This document shows, in pieces, positions 53,932-56,120 of a stretch of DNA of 56,120 nt. Each line of letters begins with the position of its first letter. Position 1 is the first letter of the stretch. A program made the position numbers and the translations under genes. Below the pieces are notes generated by a model. The model did not search any database and had not been told where the DNA came from. It saw only the letters and a list, made by a program, of their open reading frames with translations. The DNA is from an uncultured Rikenellaceae bacterium (lineage in GTDB: Bacteria; Bacteroidota; Bacteroidia; Bacteroidales; VadinHA17). The stretch lies in NCBI GenBank assembly GCA_964649335.1, contig CAZYPI010000001.1:1-56120 (forward strand). Direction: 5' to 3'.

Positions 53932-55473
53932 TCAATAAATCCGCACCAGCCTCACCCCGTGGGGCCGGACCGGCGTGGTAAACTTTGTAGAGAACGAACC
54001 CAGATCTTTCTGGCGCCACAGGTCTCTCACTTCTTTTTCTCCCTCTATTCCCAGCCTATTCCATGACACGGCAAGTTTTTCCGGTTTATTTTTCAGATTA
54101 AAGATGCCCACCGCAAGCGAGCCATCAGCCAGTGGTTTTTTCATGATAAAATGATCCCTCTTTTTTTCGATGATCACTCCCTGTTTGCCCAGGGGGTCCT
54201 GGTCCACGGCAATCACCTCACGGTTACAAAGCACATTAAGGGTAAAACGGTCCAGTTTAGCCATATCTCCGCTGAAGATCAGCGGGGCAGCCATCAGCGA
54301 CCAAAAAGACATATAACTGTATTGCTCCCAAGGAGTAAGGTCCGTGGGTTTGCCTTCACTCATACCGTGGGCATCACCCACCCAGCCGATGAGGATATAA
54401 TCCGGATCATTCCACCCACCCGGACCGGCATACGCTGCATGGCGGGCGTTGCTGAAACCGATGGTATAAAAACCGGGCAGGTTACGACGTTTTTCCTGTC
54501 CCAGATCGCCGGTGGTACGCCAGCAGTTACCTACCTGTGCGCCCCATTCCCACACCTTTCCCATGCCGTACTGGCATAAGTTCAGCACAATGTCGCGGTC
54601 CTGTTTCTGCAGTTCATTCCACATCAATCTGTAGGGACGGATATAATAATCCGGATCTTTCTTGTTCCCGGCCACTTTCCCGTAGCTGCACCAGTCGTAT
54701 TTGAGGAAATCAAACCCCCAGCGGGCGAAGGTGGCCGCATCTGTGGCTTCATGACTCCAACTGCCGGCATAGCCGGCACAGGTGGCCGGGCCGGGAGAGA
54801 TGTACAACCCCGCCTTCAGGCCACGGGAATGGATGTATGCCGCCAGTCCCCGCATATCCGGGAACCTGCCGTTGGGGAGCAGTACGCCGTTGTTATCCCG
54901 GAGCGGCCCTCCCAACACCGGATCATCAGAGTGTACCTTCCGCGTCCAGCAGTCATCAATGTTCACATACTGATAACCATAATCCGCCATGCCCGAGGCG
55001 ATCATCTGATCCGCCGCCTCCCGCATGATCCGGTCGCTGACGCGGTCGTAATGGATATACCAGCTGTTCCACCCCATTGGCGGTGTCAGCGCCAGCGTGT
55101 CACCTACCACCAGCGTGAATCTTCTGGAAAACTTGCCGTATTTGTTTTCCGCCACAAGGGTGATTTCATACTTCCCCCGCTTTGCAACGGCACCCCGTAA
55201 GATGCCTCGTTCCCGGTCCAGGGTGATACCCTGCGGCAGGTTGTCTGCACCGAAAGTAACCGGGTGTTTGCCCGTGCAGGGAATCCTGTATATCAACGGC
55301 GACCCCGGCCGGAGGCCATATACGGCAGGACCGTTGATGCGTGGCGACCGGGGTGCCGGGGGAGTAAGAATAAATTTTTCATACTTGCCGCTGACACCCT
55401 CCTGGGCCGGCAGGCACACCGGCAGAGCAACCAAAAGAAAAAACAATACCATTTTTTTCATAGAATTAATCAT
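53932..55473 (-). CDS. Glycoside hydrolase family 27 alpha-galactosidase-like enzyme with an N-terminal Ig-like domain
   Basis: Signal peptide. Ig-like 'LPQGITLDRERGILRGAVAKRGKYEITLVAEN'. GH27 motifs 'PPMGWNSWY', 'YQYVNIDDCW' and 'FLKYDWC'. Confidence 0.9.
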   Translation of the reverse strand: MINSMKKMVLFFLLVALPVCLPAQEGVSGKYEKFILTPPAPRSPRINGPAVYGLRPGSPLIYRIPCTGKHPVTFGADNLPQGITLDRERGILRGAVAKRGKYEITLVAENKYGKFSRRFTLVVGDTLALTPPMGWNSWYIHYDRVSDRIMREAADQMIASGMADYGYQYVNIDDCWTRKVHSDDPVLGGPLRDNNGVLLPNGRFPDMRGLAAYIHSRGLKAGLYISPGPATCAGYAGSWSHEATDAATFARWGFDFLKYDWCSYGKVAGNKKDPDYYIRPYRLMWNELQKQDRDIVLNLCQYGMGKVWEWGAQVGNCWRTTGDLGQEKRRNLPGFYTIGFSNARHAAYAGPGGWNDPDYILIGWVGDAHGMSEGKPTDLTPWEQYSYMSFWSLMAAPLIFSGDMAKLDRFTLNVLCNREVIAVDQDPLGKQGVIIEKKRDHFIMKKPLADGSLAVGIFNLKNKPEKLAVSWNRLGIEGEKEVRDLWRQKDLGSFSTKFTTPVRPHGVRLVRIY

Positions 55474-55677
55474 TTAAGTTTATTATAAAGATTTCAAATA
55501 TCTATATCTTTTTTTATTTTTCATGGACATTTCTTTAATAAATTTCTTATACTTTTCTTCACTTTTTTTCTTCTGGAGGGACATTGGAATCGTAGTATAA
55601 CTTAAAAAGTGTATCCCTTCGGCCATGAGCATCTTGTGAGGCAGGAGCAGACTGGCGATCTTTGCAAGAAAAATATT

Positions 55678-55956
55678 ATGAGTCGGGAAGAAAAAACCAA
55701 CATGATGTTAGAGCTGGTGGAACAGTGGCAGGAAAGCGGCATGACACAAAAAGACTTTGCCTGGAGTCACGAAATAAAACTCTCCAAGCTGCGCTACTGG
55801 ATACACAAGACCCGGAACGAGATGTCTTCAGGATCCTTCATCCCGTTAAACCTGTCAGCAGGCCAGACCATCCGTTTGTATTACCCCAACGGGATGGATA
55901 TTGAACTGCCTGCCCAGACCCCGGTCAGGGTAGTCAGAGATTTAATAAATCTGTAA
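55678..55956 (+). CDS. tnpA: IS66-family accessory protein TnpA (orf1)
   Basis: 'LELVEQWQESGMTQKDFAWSHEIKLSKLRYWIHK' has the HTH pattern of Bacteroidota IS66 orf1 proteins. It is followed 6 nt later by a tnpB-like ORF. Confidence 0.8.
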   Translation: MSREEKTNMMLELVEQWQESGMTQKDFAWSHEIKLSKLRYWIHKTRNEMSSGSFIPLNLSAGQTIRLYYPNGMDIELPAQTPVRVVRDLINL

Positions 55957-55962
55957 GGAGAG

Positions 55963-56120
55963 GTGTTTTCCGTTCAAACCGGGAGATCTTATTTGTATCG
56001 CAGGCCCACCGATATGCGAAAGAGTTTTGACGGGTTATGTGGTATTGTAAGCTCACAACTGGGATTTAACCCACATTGCAGCAAAAACAGGCCAAAAGCA
56101 AAAAAATCGGTTAAAAACCC
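55963..56120 (+). CDS. tnpB: IS66-family TnpB (orf2), 5' fragment; it runs to the window end and may be truncated after about codon 38
   Basis: My translation from the GTG at 55963 is 'VFSVQTGRSYLYRRPTDMRKSFDGLCGIVSSQLGFNP', which matches the conserved TnpB N-terminus ('DMRKSFDGL'). The following 'HCSKNRPKAKKSVKN' does not look like TnpB. Confidence 0.65.
   Translation, partial: MFSVQTGRSYLYRRPTDMRKSFDGLCGIVSSQLGFNPHCSKNRPKAKKSVKN

Larger units (their letters stand above)
55678..56120 (+). mobile_element. IS66-family insertion sequence (partial; the left end is not delimited and the right part is outside the window or deleted)
   Basis: tnpA plus the tnpB start in canonical IS66 order. No tnpC is present in the window. 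I could not identify terminal inverted repeats. Confidence 0.65.

Noticed and set aside
1-56120. Search for defence or other accessory systems (restriction-modification, CBASS, retron, toxin-antitoxin, CRISPR-Cas, prophage, conjugative genes) and for rRNA/tRNA genes
   Set aside because: - I found no nuclease/methylase pairs, reverse transcriptase, cyclase, cas, phage structural or conjugation genes among the translated ORFs.
- Intergenic gaps are all under ~230 nt.
- None of the gaps contains tRNA-like T-loop/anticodon architecture.

Overview
This is a chromosomal segment from a Bacteroidota genome. The evidence is SusC/SusD pairs, a T9SS C-terminal sorting domain, a TonB receptor plus DUF4249 pair, an ECF sigma/FecR pair, TAnnTTTG-type -7 boxes and A-rich leaders without Shine-Dalgarno sequences. 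I can support about 41 protein genes. I found no rRNA, tRNA or CRISPR array.

Layout:
1. 1-15.4 kb is mostly housekeeping: uvrC 3' part, an orphan TonB receptor, a polyprenyl synthase, ArsR, queD, polA, nfo and a 1425-aa fused activase/dehydratase-like Fe-S protein.
2. 15.6-25.3 kb is a polysaccharide utilisation locus with trans-envelope signalling: ECF sigma, FecR anti-sigma, STN-SusC, SusD, a PKD lipoprotein, GH5 and a small secreted protein.
3. 25.4-36.6 kb holds a TonB receptor + DUF4249, a PFK with PPi-type residues, dtd, a MazG-like gene, deoC, DUF4271, hemD, rnpA, yidD and an S41 protease.
4. 36.6-55.5 kb is a glycan-degradation region: UxaE-like epimerase, GH35, DUF1080, GH2, GH95, a 1004-aa putative glycosidase and GH27. 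It is interrupted by a three-gene operon of unknown function (349-aa unknown, rifampicin-phosphotransferase-like PEP-utilising enzyme, TlpA-like lipoprotein).
5. The right edge carries an IS66-family fragment.

I do not see a recognisable defence or other classic accessory system.

The features most worth follow-up:
- A roughly 150-200 nt GC-hairpin intergenic cassette, present twice in inverted orientation but in the same orientation relative to local transcription.
- The unknown/PEP-enzyme/TlpA operon.
- The fused double-activase Fe-S protein.
- A low-GC 1004-aa glycosidase-like gene.
- A 22-bp double palindrome that recurs at two gene ends.

All functional calls come from motif recognition by eye. 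No database search was run.
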